Source of the DNA: Octopus vulgaris
Taxonomy: Eukaryota
NCBI GenBank assembly: GCA_951406725.2
Contig: OX597828.1
Location: 35,898,001-35,962,000, forward strand
Reading direction: 5' to 3'
DNA: 64,000 nucleotides
The notes under the pieces were generated by a model. The model was not told the DNA's origin. It saw only the letters and a program-made list of their open reading frames with translations, and made no database searches. Numbering within the stretch: the stretch's first letter is position 1; every line of letters starts with the position of its first letter. Positions 13,056-26,356 of the stretch are shown here, one piece after another. The position numbers and the translations under genes are program-made.

Positions 13056-13477
13056 TTACCCTGCTATTGATGCTGAAATTCCAATGAAGGGGCCTTGGAT
13101 TTAGGTTAGAAACCAGCTCTTTCTCTGTTGACAAGAAATCTTGAAATAAAACTGAATAATGACATACATACATACATACACAGACACACAGACACACACA
13201 CACACGCACATACACACACACACATATACATATATATATATATATATTATGGCTGCCCCCTTGTTATCGAGTATGGCCATTGCACTAAGCTTAACTGTTA
13301 CTGGTGCTGTGATCGAATGTGACTTTTTAGCCCAGCTAAAGATCTACAATGTCTTGTACAAAATTGGCAACTAAAACCTTTACTGGTAATAGCCGGCTGT
13401 AGTTGTAACTGGGCTTCATGTACCTTAAATTGACAGACAGACAAATGTACATATGTATGTGTATTTGTATATCCAGT

Positions 13478-13592
13478 GAAGGTGCATGGTTTAGTGGTTA
13501 GGGCATTTGGCTCACAATCGTAAGGCCATGAGTTCAATTCCCGGCAGTGCACTTCATCATTGAGCAATACATTTTCTTTCAAATTGCTCCAG
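13478..13592 (+). mobile_element. SINE family D head
   Basis: TGGTTTAGTGGTTAGG...GAGTTCAATTCCCGGC A/B boxes. Confidence 0.7.
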
Positions 13593-14552
13593 CAAGGTGT
13601 GCAAAAAAAACCACTTGGAAAAACTTCAAAATCAACCCCTTTATTGGATTGTAAATATCCTTTCATTTGAAAAGTCTAAGAGAAAAACCTCTGATACAGC
13701 TTCTGGTTGAAATGTTAATGGTCATCTTGCTCTTACTTGTCACTGCTCGTTTAATTATGGATGCTTAGAGAAGGATATATTTAGCACACAAGCACATGTC
13801 GCTAATGACGTACAAATGTCTCACCAACTTGTATTTTTTTCTCTCTTAACTGAAAAATGAATAATGAATTAGCTATTATCTGATGAGATAAAGCAGTCAT
13901 CTTGTATGTGTTTGTTCATAATAAATTGTTGAGCATCTCTACAAAATATAAAACTGGAGGCTGTTTTTTTTTTTTCTCATGAGCAGGTAAAGTGGTGTAA
14001 CAATATACTCAGGGGATTTAAAGTACTGAGTAACAGACAGATGGATGAAAGGGTGAGTGGGTGGATGGATGGCTGGATGGATGGATGGATGAACAGACGT
14101 ATGGATGGACAGACAGATGGATGGACAGACGGATGGATGGATGAACAGATGGATGGATGGATGGAGGAACAGACACAATCAGGTGCTGTAAATGATACCA
14201 ATTTGTCTTCCTACACCTCAGATGTCCCTTGTAAACTCCCTACACCAACTATTATCCCTTGTTACCTCCATCCACACCAACCCACTCCTATTTCCTTTCC
14301 TTCATTTCCCCTATACTAAACTGATATTCACTGTATATACAACAGAGCAAAAAAAATTTATATATCCATATCTGTTAACGGTTAGGTTTAATAGTTTGTT
14401 TGTTTTTTTGCTGTATTGTGTATTTCTTACCTTTTGCATCTCTTATTTATTATTGATCTTATATAAAAATGAAGCTGTGTCCATTAATTTGCTCCTTTTT
14501 TATACACATATTGAGAAGATATCTGGCAGAACAGTCATTATTTTAATCTTGT

Positions 14553-14660
14553 AATCACCTGAAGAGACACATCTACACTGTCGGATACACCTAGACCAGT
14601 TGTTCAGTGAGCCACTTGTGAAGGATTGATGCTAGATGAGTCGAAACAATTGTAGTGATT
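14553..14660 (+). ncRNA. Type I hammerhead ribozyme motif with extended stem II
   Basis: AATCAC-CTGAAGA-GACACATCTA..TAGATGAGTC-GAAA-CAATTG-TA-GTGATT; 6-bp stem I; followed by AATAAA. Confidence 0.82.
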
Positions 14661-14991
14661 AATAAACATTCTCACATCTTACATCTTCTGTCTCTCTCAT
14701 TAATCAAATACCCAACAAACACTGTGAAAATGAATGTGTTTTACTAGTAAACTACCAGGTGTATATACCATATGATTTATAATCCAATATATATAAATAT
14801 ATATACATATATACATATATATAATATGTAGTTATATATATATAATATATATTTATATATCTAATATATAATATATATTTATATACATATGTATATAAAT
14901 ATATAATATATATTTATATATAAAAATATATAATATATATTTATATATAAAAATATATAATATATATTTATATATCTAATATATATATAAA

Positions 14992-15034
<43 letters not shown>

Positions 15035-15042
15035 TATGTGTG

Positions 15043-15083
<41 letters not shown>

Positions 15084-15289
15084 TATGTGTGTATGTGTAC
15101 ATGTGTATATATATATATTCATACCACATAAAACCAGGCTTTAAAATGAGATTTGACAGGTACCAGATGACGATAACATCATTGGGTTTCCTTGAGGCTT
15201 TGGCCCAAGGAAAGCCACAAGGAAACCCAACGACTGAAAAAGTCACTTGCAAAACCCAAACAAATTTTAAATATTGGCAATTGAAAAAG

Positions 15290-15448
15290 TTGGTAGACCA
15301 AAAGCCACATGGAGAAGGGCAGTGGAGAAGGAAAGGAATCAAACTGGATGGTCATCATGGAATGTGGCAAAAAAAAAAAAAATTTGCAAAACAGATGAAT
15401 AAATGAAAAATGAGCATGGAGGCCTTATGTGCCAGGTGGCACAAAGAG

Positions 15449-15455
<7 letters not shown>
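15290..15455 (+). pseudogene. RTE-clade LINE ORF C-terminal remnant
   Basis: [26 protein letters not shown]...[12 protein letters not shown] running into (GATA)n. Confidence 0.7.
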
Positions 15456-15507
<52 letters not shown>

Positions 15508-15650
15508 GGATGGATGGATGGATGGATGGATGGATGGATGGATGGATGGATGGATGGATGGATGGACGGACGGACGGACGGACGGACGGACGGACGGACG
15601 GACGGACGGACGGACGGACATATAGACAGGCAGGCAGACACAGATAGATA
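15449..15650. repeat. (GATA)n(GGAT)n(GGAC)n compound microsatellite
   Basis: Direct reading. Confidence 0.95.
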
Positions 15651-15993
15651 GATAATATATATATTTCCATATATGTCAAATCCTGGAATTGAAAATAACA
15701 AAATAGAGAACAAAATGAATAAAAAGTCCATGGACAGAGAAAAAAAACATAAATACATGAATCTGTAAATGACCATTCACATATGTACATACATGTAGTG
15801 GAATTTGGTTACTCTGATGACTTTGGGGTGAAGCCTTTTCCATAACAATAACAAACTGGTAGTACTATGCGAATAAAGAATTTGGAACTTGTTCATTTGG
15901 ATGACATTAACCAGTTGATAACTTTAAATGTGCGTGTGTGTGCATAAGTCTGTATATTTGTGTATATATATATATATATGTGTGTGTGTGTGC

Positions 15994-16032
<39 letters not shown>

Positions 16033-16037
16033 CATAC

Positions 16038-16077
<40 letters not shown>

Positions 16078-16121
16078 TCAATAAATGGTGGGGTTGTGTT
16101 GACCGCACGTGGAGAAATGAT

Positions 16122-16263
16122 AAGTAAGGAAAAATTTTTTTAAAAATGCAGAATGCTCAAATGAAAGAAAATTTTATTAAAATTTTATTAAAATTTTCTT
16201 ACATTTTATTAAAATTTTCTTTTATTTGAGCATTCTGCATTTTTAAAAAAATTTTTCCTTACT
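16122..16263. repeat. AT-rich fold-back inverted repeat
   Basis: AGTAAGGAAAAATTTTTTTAAAAATGCAGAATGCTCAAAT versus ATTTGAGCATTCTGCATTTTTAAAAAAATTTTTCCTTACT. Confidence 0.9.
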
Positions 16264-16459
16264 ATATATATATATATATATATACATATATGCACACGCA
16301 CATACACAAATATATAGTGAGCTGGGGTCAATAACCCTGGTGTATGATATGCACATGTGTTTCATACATGTGTGTGTGTGTGTGTGTGTGTGTTTGTGTG
16401 TGTGTTTGTGTGTGTGTGAGCATATATGTATGAGCATGTATGGTTATGAATGGATGAAT

Positions 16460-16499
16460 AGACAGACAGACAGATTGATAAACACATAGACAAATAGAC

Positions 16500-16532
<33 letters not shown>

Positions 16533-16543
16533 TAGATAAATTA

Positions 16544-16601
<58 letters not shown>

Positions 16602-16638
16602 GGATGGATGGATGGATGGATGGATAGATGGATGGATG

Positions 16639-16693
<55 letters not shown>

Positions 16694-16730
16694 TGATAGA
16701 TAGATAGGTAGATAGATAGATAGAAATATG

Positions 16731-16799
<69 letters not shown>

Positions 16800-16865
16800 A
16801 CAAAGCGACTGATGAAAGACAGACAGACAGAAGGACAGACAATCAGAAGGACAGACAGACAGATG
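16460..16865. repeat. (GATA)n/(GGAT)n microsatellite
   Basis: Direct reading. Confidence 0.95.
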
Positions 16866-18519
16866 AAATATGAAAAATTGTCAGAAATTACCTAAATATC
16901 TTTCAAGTTCATTACCAATATATAAAGTATTCCCATCTTTCTTTTGGTCAAAAGAAAAGAAATGATTTTTAATCCTTATCCGCTTTTTTTGTAAAATAAA
17001 TCTTCATCAAATGCTGTCCACATGGATTATGCCAATCGATTTACCATTATCTCAGACTCTTAGATGACCTGCAGCAGCGTGTCACCTTTGACGTTGTTCC
17101 CCAAAGTTTTTACAACTTCCTGCTAAATGTAAATTATTTCTAGCTTCTTGTCTTCATAACGGCTTTACCGTTAATGAAAGAGGGGGAGAGAGAGAGAGAG
17201 AGAGAGAGAAGATTAGGTATGTGGGGAGGTGTGTGTAGGAAGAGGTGTGTGTGTGTGTATATGCATGTGTGTGAATGTTTATGTATGCACTTGGGTGTAT
17301 ATATGTTTGAATACATGCACATTTGATTAAGCATGTGTGTGTATATGTATTTGGTTTGTGTGCTTGCTTTTAAGACTTTGAGTGTGTGTGTGTGTCTGTG
17401 TCTCTGTGTGTGTGTGTGTGGTGTATGTGAATGTATGCATATTTAATTTGTGTTTGGTTTGTGTGTATACTTTCAAGTTTTTGACTGTGTAGGTTTATCT
17501 CAGTGTGTGTCTGCGTGTGGATGTTCGTATATGTTTATATTTGTCTAAGTGTGTGCCTGTATGTGTATGCGTGTTGGTGTGTGTGTGTGTGTCACTGTCT
17601 GTGTTTATGTGTGTTAATGTGTGTGTGTGTTAATGTGTGTGTGTGTTAATGTGTGTGTAATCTGTACATAACTGGTGACAGATACAGACGAATAAGAGGT
17701 GGCGACGGGGTGGGGGAATCTCTCACACCTCTTGTTCTTCTTAATCTAACTTTAATATTCAAATGAACGGCCAGAGGGTTTTGCTAGATGCTGTGGAGGT
17801 GTTGGGGTGGGGTGGGGTGGAAACAAGGGATCAGGCCGAGTAAGGGAGAAGAAGGGGGAGAGGGTAATAGATTATAAAGAATACAGCAAGCCTTTTCAAA
17901 ATCTGAGAGATACAAACATTCTTTACTACTTAAAACCTAAAGCTTGTAGGCTTGCATACATATATAAATGTGTGAGTGTGTGTGTGTGTGTATGTGTGTG
18001 TGTGTGTGTGTGTGTGCATGTGGATATATATTCACACATACAGACAAACATGCACAAACACACACACACACACACAAACATGTACAAATGTACACATTTA
18101 CAGTGATTGGTGAATAAAATTCACATTAAATAGAAAATAAATAATTAAGAAAAAAAATAGAAAGAAACAAAGATAGACAAAAAGACAAAACAAGATAAGA
18201 ATAAGACACATCCAAACATGCACACACACACACACACTCATGTATGTATAGGCACATACTTACATATATACATATACATACATATATACACATATATACA
18301 CATATATACACATCATATATATATATACATATATATACATACATATATACATATATATACATACATACATATATATATATACACATATACACATACATAT
18401 ATGTATATGGACACATGTATACACACACACATATATACAAATATATATACATAAGAGTTTTGGGGTCTTTTTCGTATGATGGAGTATCCATATATAAAGT
18501 AGATAAGGTTCTTAATCTA

Positions 18520-18720
18520 TGTGTGTGTGTATACAAGAATGTGTGTGTGTGTGTATACAAGGATGTGTGTGTGTATACAAGAATGTGTGTGTGTGTGTGT
18601 ATACAAGGATGTGTGTGTGTATACAAGGATGTGTGTGTGTGTATACAAGAATGTGTGTGTGTGTATACAAGGAAGGATGTGTGTGTATACAAGGATGTGT
18701 ATGTGTGTGTGTGTGTGTGC
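18520..18720. repeat. Variable minisatellite (GT)nATACAAG(A/G)AT
   Basis: About 8 units. Confidence 0.88.
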
Positions 18721-18855
18721 GTGTGTGCTTGTGCATGTTAGGTGAGTAGATGATATTATAAGTGGAGTGAACATACTTATAGATTTTAAGGTCTGCTCTG
18801 AATACCAAACAGGTATTTAATTGTAGATAAGCAATAAAATACACACACATGCATA

Positions 18856-18907
<52 letters not shown>

Positions 18908-19419
18908 TGGGTGTGTGTGTGTGTGTGTGTAGATTGCACAAGATGGATGGATGGATCGATGGATGTATCGATGGATGGATAAATGGATTGATCAATTGAT
19001 CAATCAATACAAATAGATAGAAAGGTAGATAAACACAAGCAGACAGACATACAAATAGATAGATAGATGGATGGATAGACAGACAGACAGAAGACAAACA
19101 CAGATAGACACAAACACTATACATATAAACATATATACATACAGATATATGCCTATGTATGAACATTTATGCAAATATTCTTACCCCACAACCACACCTG
19201 TGTCTATATCAAAATATACAGATTAACACACATATATTCATACACAGATACATACATACCTAGCCCTTGGATCCTCAACTCCTATCAGAAACAAAAGATA
19301 TCTATCATAACATATGGCTTTCCTTGACTATTTCAGACCATGCTGAGCCCATCCTCCTCCAGATCTGATCTCAGCCAATTTCTTCTTGAGAGAGTAACAA
19401 AAAAGGAATTATTGTTGTA

Positions 19420-19810
19420 ACTGTTGTTAAAGCCCTATGCTGCCTGTGGGGTATAGACCATTGACAGATTTTCTCTACTGTCTTTCTGCTTCTCTCTAAT
19501 TGAATCTCTGCTTTTTCAGCCTCTCTTTTGCCTCCTTTGTGAGGGTCTGTCTCCACTTATGTTTCTGGTATATGTTTCCCTGAAGTAAGGCCTTCTTCTC
19601 CTAGGCTTTTTGGTTTTTAATTGTCATCTATACTTCTGCTTTCCTTATAGAGATGTGTGTTGGCCCTCTGCAAACTCATCTTTATCTCCACAAGAGATGG
19701 TCCATGCTAGTCCTGGCTTCTATCTTTTGACCTGTTCAGCATGAGATGCCTGTTCGGTATCTTGTACTCTTCTGGCATAGCTCTTGGGGTTATTGAAGAC
19801 CTTGTAATGG
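19420..19810 (-). mobile_element. Degenerate RTE-like LINE remnant
   Basis: Minus translation ...WRQTLTKEAKE...KSVNGLYPTGSIGL* ending in a (ACA)n-like tail. Confidence 0.4.
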
Positions 19811-19830
19811 TAGAGAGAGGAATAAAGATT

Positions 19831-20502
19831 TAAAGAGGAAGGCAAAAATTATCCCCACTTTTGCCATAACACATCTTTATTATTCCCACACTGCCTTCTG
19901 CACATGCATGCTTATAGTTGGTACTATTGTGGTCACGTGATCGAAGTTTGAGTCTGATTGCGTCATTTTTCTTTCAGGTTTTACGGTGTAAGCATGGCCA
20001 CTCCACTAGCAATGTGCAACAAAGAAGAATAAAGTGCAGTGATCTGAGGGATGGTAATGGTGAAGCAGTTCACCATTACCATCTCTCAAGCTTGCTGAAT
20101 CTTCTCACTAGTGGTGGAGGTTGACAGGCGTCCTGCTCGCTCTTCATGTGTCACACTTCGCCAGCCACTTTTAAGCTTCTAGATTCACTCAAAAACACTT
20201 CTATGTGGTAGTGCACTGTCTCCGAATAGTGCTAAAAGCCTCTGATGAATTCCAGCACCTGATACTCCTTCCGACCAGAGAGATTGGATCACTGCTCTTT
20301 GTTCTTCTTTGGTGCACATTGCTAGTGGAGTAGCCATGCTTATACTGTAAAACCAGAAAGAAATATGGTGCCATCAGGTTCAAACTTCGATCATGGGACC
20401 ACGATAGTACCAACTATAAACATACATGCGCAGAAGGCAGGGTGATGATAATAAATATATGTTATGGTAAAGGTGTGGACAACTTCTGACTTCCCCCTCA
20501 TA
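19831..20502 (-). mobile_element. Mariner-derived fold-back element with ~210-bp inverted arms
   Basis: 19831-20044 is the diverged inverse of 20287-20502; right end CCCCCTCATA resembles a mariner TIR plus TA. Confidence 0.85.
20063..20337 (-). pseudogene. Mariner transposase N-terminal HTH fragment
   Basis: MATPLAMCTKEEQRAVIQSLWSEGVSGAGIHQRLLALFGDSALPHRSVFE*I*KLKSGWRSVTHEERAGRLSTS, with stops. Confidence 0.85.
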
Positions 20503-20529
20503 TATATATACATACGCTCTCTCTCTCTC

Positions 20530-20925
20530 TTTTTACTCTTTTACTTGTTTCAGTCATTTGACTGCGGCCATGCTGGAGCACCGCCTTTAGTCGAGCAAAT
20601 CGACCCCGGGACTTATTCTTTGTAAGCCCAGTACTTATTCTATCGGTCTCTTTTGCCGAACCGCTAAGTGACGGGGATGTAAACACACCAGCATCGGTTG
20701 TCAAGCAATGCTAGGGGGACAAACACACACACACATACACATATATACATATATATACATATATACGACAGGCTTCTTTCAGTTTCCATCTACCAAATCC
20801 ACTCACAAGGCATTGGTCAGCCCGGGGCTATAGCAGAAGACACTTGCCCAAGATGCCACGCAGTGGGACTGAACCCGGAACCATGTGGTTGGTTAGCAAG
20901 CTACTTACCACACAGCCACTCCTGC
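20530..20925 (-). mobile_element. SINE family A, young CpG-rich copy
   Basis: Highly similar to 54745-55145. Confidence 0.92.
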
Positions 20926-21821
20926 GCCATATATAAATATATATATATACATAACTTCATCATCATCTTAGTGTCCTCTTTTCCATGCTTGCATGGTAAG
21001 ACAGAATTTGTTGAGACAGATTTTCTACAGCCAGATGCCCTTCCTGGTGCCAACACTCACCCTTTTCAAAACAAGATATTTCCTCACAGCAATGCATGTT
21101 TTTAGGGAAGAGATTGGAAAGGAACATCATTATTTGTATAATGGTGATATTTATTTACAACCATCACACAATGTCAAGACAACAGTACACACACACACAC
21201 ACACACTCACACACACACACACACACACGCATATATACATACATGTGTGTGTGTGTGTGTGCTCATGCATGCACACGCTTTTTGTATGCCTTCATCTACC
21301 ATCCCACACTGTTTGACAACCAGAGTTGGTTTGTTTACATTCCATAATTTAGCAACACAGCATGAGAGGTGGTCAGTAACCCCAAACAAGAAATGGTTTG
21401 AACTATGATATTCCATCCAGCCATTTCCATTATGGAATGCAAATATAAAATATATATAAGATATATATATATATATATATATAAATAATATGTGTGTGCG
21501 GTGTGTGCATATGTGTGTATATATGCATATACATATATGTATGTATACATAGGTGCATATGCATTTATGTGTGTGTGTAGGTTAGTGTGCATATATGTGT
21601 ATGTGTATACAGACGGATATACATCTACATGCACATATACGCATACACACATGCCCACACACACACGCACACACACACACACACACACATACATTATTTT
21701 TGCAGTAAATGTTTATTGTTAGCACTGACTATTGTTCCATTGTTGCCATTGCTTCAGTTTCGCGCCAAATATGCATGAAACCTTTGTGTGCAAACAGGTG
21801 GGGCTTGTTTTGAAAAAAAAC

Positions 21822-22283
21822 TATATTGAAATGAATATAGCAGCCCCCGATAACACTGAATGAAGATCGACATCAAGAGAACAATGAGGATCAACCAAAA
21901 CCTACCTGATCGACCAAGTGACATAGAAGCTAGCTCTTATTTATATTGCAGGAGGGGCCTCAATGTATGGTTGCACACCTTGGGGTCAGCTTTATCATTA
22001 TATGTATATATATATATATATATATAAATATACACACACACACACATATATATATATACACACACACACATATATACATACATGTATATATATATATGTG
22101 TATGTGTATACAGACGGATATACATCTACATCCACATATACGCATACACACGTGCCCACACACACACACACACACACATATACATACTTGGTCGATCAGG
22201 TAGGTTTTGGTTGATCCTCGTTGTTCTCTTGATGTCGATCTTCATTCAGTGTTATCGGGGACTGCTATATTCATTTCAATATA
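21822..22283. repeat. ~98-bp inverted repeat pair (21822-21919 / 22186-22283) around a microsatellite spacer
   Basis: About 2 mismatches between arms. Confidence 0.92.
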
Positions 22284-22589
22284 TATATATGTGTGTATAT
22301 ATATATATATATATTGGAAAGCGGATGCTAAATGATGATGATGATGATGATTGATATTAAAAACATAGAAGATATTTGATGGTTTCTCACTATGGTAAAA
22401 TGTTGTTAATTTATTTGTCTCTGGTATCTGACCAAGACACTCTCTTTAACTGTTACAAGGACCGACCCCCTCTCTACTAAACAAAGCACAATGTATTACA
22501 ATACAGTGCAAAATAATATGATACAAACTTAATAAACAAAAAGTGATGGGGCATTACATAGAAGAAGGGTGTGCATTTATACAATCATA

Positions 22590-23021
22590 TTTAATAATAA
22601 TAATAATAAAATTATTGTATACAGTGCTCAGGTGCACCACAACTTGTCAGAAAGTGCATATAAAGTACATGCAGTAATGTAAAAATGTCTGGAAAGCGAA
22701 CAATGTATGAGTCAGATACATGCCTGTGTGTGTTTGGAGGGGAGAAAATCAGGTGTAGTGTTGGCAAATCTCAGGAAGCATGGAAGTTTTGAAGGATGCA
22801 GTGCTCCGACAACTAACAACTGATGCCGGCAGTTTGTTCCATGCTTCAGCAACTCTCAGCGTGAAAAAATGTTTCCAGAAGTCATGGGAGCTGTGCTGTT
22901 TTCTGACTTTGTAAACATGTCCACGGGTGTTAGATGGGTGGAGTTTGAAAAGGTGCTCAGAGTTATTGTTTGTACGATGGTTGATAATTTTATGGGTGTC
23001 TGCCAAGTCAGCTGCCAGACG
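22590..23021 (-). mobile_element. CR1-clade LINE 3' end
   Basis: HKII...LFKLHPSNTRGHVYKVRKQHSSHDFWKHFFTLRVAEAWNKLPASVV...SFK (TRGH, FF..RV...WN.LP motifs) and (TTA)n tail. Confidence 0.88.
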
Positions 23022-23214
23022 TATATACATTTGTATGAATGAGTGTGCATACTCATGTATTTATGTAGATAAAGCTATAAATAACAATGTGTAGAGTATT
23101 AGTTTAAAAACTGTTTGGATGAAAAACAGTTGAAGGCTGCCTGTAGAGCACAAACCCACATCTGTAAACACGACAGATATGCTAGCATGTCTGTCATGTA
23201 AGCGAAGTCGATAT

Positions 23215-23643
23215 AGAACCTCATCCGACGACAGGCATCCATGCCAACCCCCTTTGCTTGCGAAGACATGTTGGAGCAAGCAAAATCGAAATCGAATTGA
23301 ACCAGCCAGGATCCCTGGTCTGGTGGTACGTAAAAAGCACTATCCGACTCGTGGCCGATGCCAGCACCGCCTCGACAGGCTTCCGTGCCGGTGGCACATA
23401 AAATACACCAATCCGACCGTGGCCGTGGCCAGCCTCGCCTGGCACCTGTGCAGGTGGCACGTAAAAAGCACCCACTACACTCACGGAGTGGTTGGCGTTA
23501 GGAAGGGCATCCAGCTGTAGAAACATTGCCAGATAAGACTGGAGCCTGGTGCAGCCTTCTGGCTTCCCAGATCCCCGGTCGAACCGTCCAACCCATGCTA
23601 GCATGGAGAACGGACGTTAAACGATGATGATGATGATGATGAT
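23215..23643 (+). mobile_element. RTE-derived 3' UTR/tail repeat (family B)
   Basis: GGTGGCACGTAAAAAGCACC subrepeats, ends AACCCATGCTAGCATGG...GTTAAAC(GAT)n. Confidence 0.88.
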
Positions 23644-24355
<712 letters not shown>

Positions 24356-24534
24356 ATAATAAATATTAGGGAATAAATCCAAATTTACAGGGAAAAAAAT
24401 CAGATTTAGGATTAAATCCAATTTTATAGTAAAATATTATAAAATATTATTAGAGACAAAACCACTATTTTGCAAAACAAACAAGGAAAGACTTAATCAA
24501 TACATAAAATTTTAATAAATAGTCAAAAAAACCG

Positions 24535-24577
24535 CCACTACAATCATTTCTTGTCTTGATCGACAATCTTCAGGTGG
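24535..24577 (-). ncRNA. Minimal type I hammerhead ribozyme motif (mirror copy)
   Basis: Minus strand CCAC-CTGAAGA-TTGTC gatcaa GACAA-GAAA-TGATTG-TA-GTGG. Confidence 0.7.
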
Positions 24578-24623
24578 ACTTCAATAAGTCAGTTTCAAAT
24601 TTTTGAAACTGACTTATTGAAGT

Positions 24624-24666
24624 CCACCTGAAGATTGTCGATCAAGACAAGAAACGATTGTAGTGG
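24624..24666 (+). ncRNA. Minimal type I hammerhead ribozyme motif
   Basis: CCAC-CTGAAGA-TTGTC gatcaa GACAA-GAAA-CGATTG-TA-GTGG; all three stems pair. Confidence 0.8.
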
Positions 24667-24805
24667 CGGTTTTTTTGACTATTTATTAAAATTTTATGTA
24701 TTGATTAAGTCTTTCCTTGTTTGTTTTGCAAAATAGTGGTTTTGTCTCTAATAATATTTTATATATATATATATATGTACACACACACACACATAAACAC
24801 AAACA

Positions 24806-25017
24806 CATGAGGGGTTGCTGAAAGGTTCCTGGCTTTAAGAGTTTCACAAAAGGCCTAGTTAAAGATCCAACCTTCTGAGTTCTGTTACACGACTGAAGGA
24901 CCACTGCAATAATTGTGTGAACCTGAGAGGGGAATATGTTGGATAAAATCATAATTAACTGATCCTCCTGTATTTTCTTTTATTTAAAGCCAGGAACTTT
25001 TCAACATGGCCTCATGT
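24806..25017. mobile_element. Mariner-like MITE
   Basis: CATGAGGGGTTGCTGAAAGGTTCCTGGCTTTAA versus TTAAAGCCAGGAACTTTTCAACATGGCCTCATG. Confidence 0.7.
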
Positions 25018-25030
25018 ATATATATATATA

Positions 25031-25556
25031 TACCGTAAATCCTTGAGTATAGTCCGCCCTTGAGTATAATACACAGAGGATTTTTAGGGGTATGTACTTC
25101 TGAAAAACCTAAACCTTGTGTATAATACGCACCCCTTCTCTAACTTGAGTCGTGTGTAATTAAGCCAGCAGCACCTAGTCGAACAAACACTTCCGCGCAT
25201 GCGTAATACAATAATGGTGATCTTCTTAACTGTTATATGGGAATGTAAATATGTTTGCAAATTGTTTTTGTTACATGTTATTCTGCGTTCTGAATACTTT
25301 TATTTTAATAAATGTTGCTTACTGCAAGTTATGGATGATTCTTTTTTGACGTCATTGCTTTCAGGCTTAGCTTAAGGTATTTTCGCTCCCGACATCACAA
25401 AATGCATCTGAATAAACATTGCCAGACAGCAAATAGAGACTAGGACATTGCTTGGAAAATATTTTTCATTTTTAACCTCGTATATAGTACACACTAGGGA
25501 TTTTGAACTTTAAATTTTGGGAAAAATAGGCGGATTATACTCAAGGATTTATGGTG
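25031..25556 (+). mobile_element. MITE with TACCGTAAATCC(T/C)GAGTATA TIRs (Tc1/pogo-like), in (TA)n
   Basis: TIRs at both ends; inverse copy at 46295-46811. Confidence 0.85.
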
Positions 25557-25631
25557 TATATATATATATCATATCATATCAATTTCACATATATATATTA
25601 TCCGAAAAGTATAGTATTAAATATCCATCAT

Positions 25632-25723
25632 GGCTGATCTTACCAATCGGTTTCGCATAAAGAGTACAATGGAGTGTTCAGTAATAATCCGATTATATAA
25701 CTTTACACTCATCAGAGATAGCC
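25632..25723 (-). ncRNA. Type I hammerhead ribozyme motif with extended stem II
   Basis: Minus strand GGCTATCT-CTGATGA-GTGTAAAG..CTTTATGC-GAAA-CCGATTGG-TA-AGATCAGCC. Confidence 0.8.
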
Positions 25724-25778
25724 AATATGGAAAGGAATATAAAAATATGTATATTTTTATTAACTTTGAGTAGAATTA

Positions 25779-25878
25779 ACAGAATGACTCAAGATCTGAG
25801 AGATTTGTGTGCTGGCACTTATCAAATAGTTTTCTAAGTGCCAGTGCACCAAATTCTTGGATCTTGAGTCACTCTGTA
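25779..25878. repeat. Imperfect hairpin
   Basis: ACAGAATGACTCAAGATC...TGGCACTTA / TAAGTGCCA...GATCTTGAGTCACTCTGT. Confidence 0.8.
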
Positions 25879-26038
25879 GCTACTGCTAAATATTATTAAA
25901 TACTAATAACCTGGTGTACATATGCTTAAGAATAAAGCATCTGTTCAGTACAGAACAGTAAGAAGGAATTGGGATGATAAAAAAATGAACAATGAAGTTC
26001 ATAACATAATTGATTATTCCTTTGTCATCCCAATTTCT

Positions 26039-26082
<44 letters not shown>

Positions 26083-26084
26083 CA

Positions 26085-26356
26085 TACATATTAGAGGGAA
26101 ACCACTATGTGGATACCCATATGCTAGAAATAGATCTGCATCTACGGACATTTATGTAAGTAAATTATGTAATATGTTAATAGTGAAACATGTATGTGAA
26201 TAATCCATATTTTTATCGCTTTTTCTTTTGTCTTGCTCAATTACATTTAGGTTGTTTTGCTAAATTTTTCTTGAGAACATTTCTTAGTGGTAAGACCACA
26301 GCAGATCTATTTCTAGCATATGGGTGTCCACATAGTGGTTTCCCTCTAATATGTAT
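26085..26356. repeat. ~55-bp inverted repeat pair in a (TA)n-flanked element
   Basis: ATATTAGAGGGAAACCACTATGTGGATACCCATATGCTAGAAATAGATCTGC and its inverse at 26301-26356. Confidence 0.9.

Larger units (their letters stand above)
24438..24763. repeat. Near-perfect ~326-bp palindrome (arms ~162 bp, centre 24600/24601)
   Basis: One arm mismatch seen (CAT versus CGT), 2-nt central loop. Confidence 0.96.
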
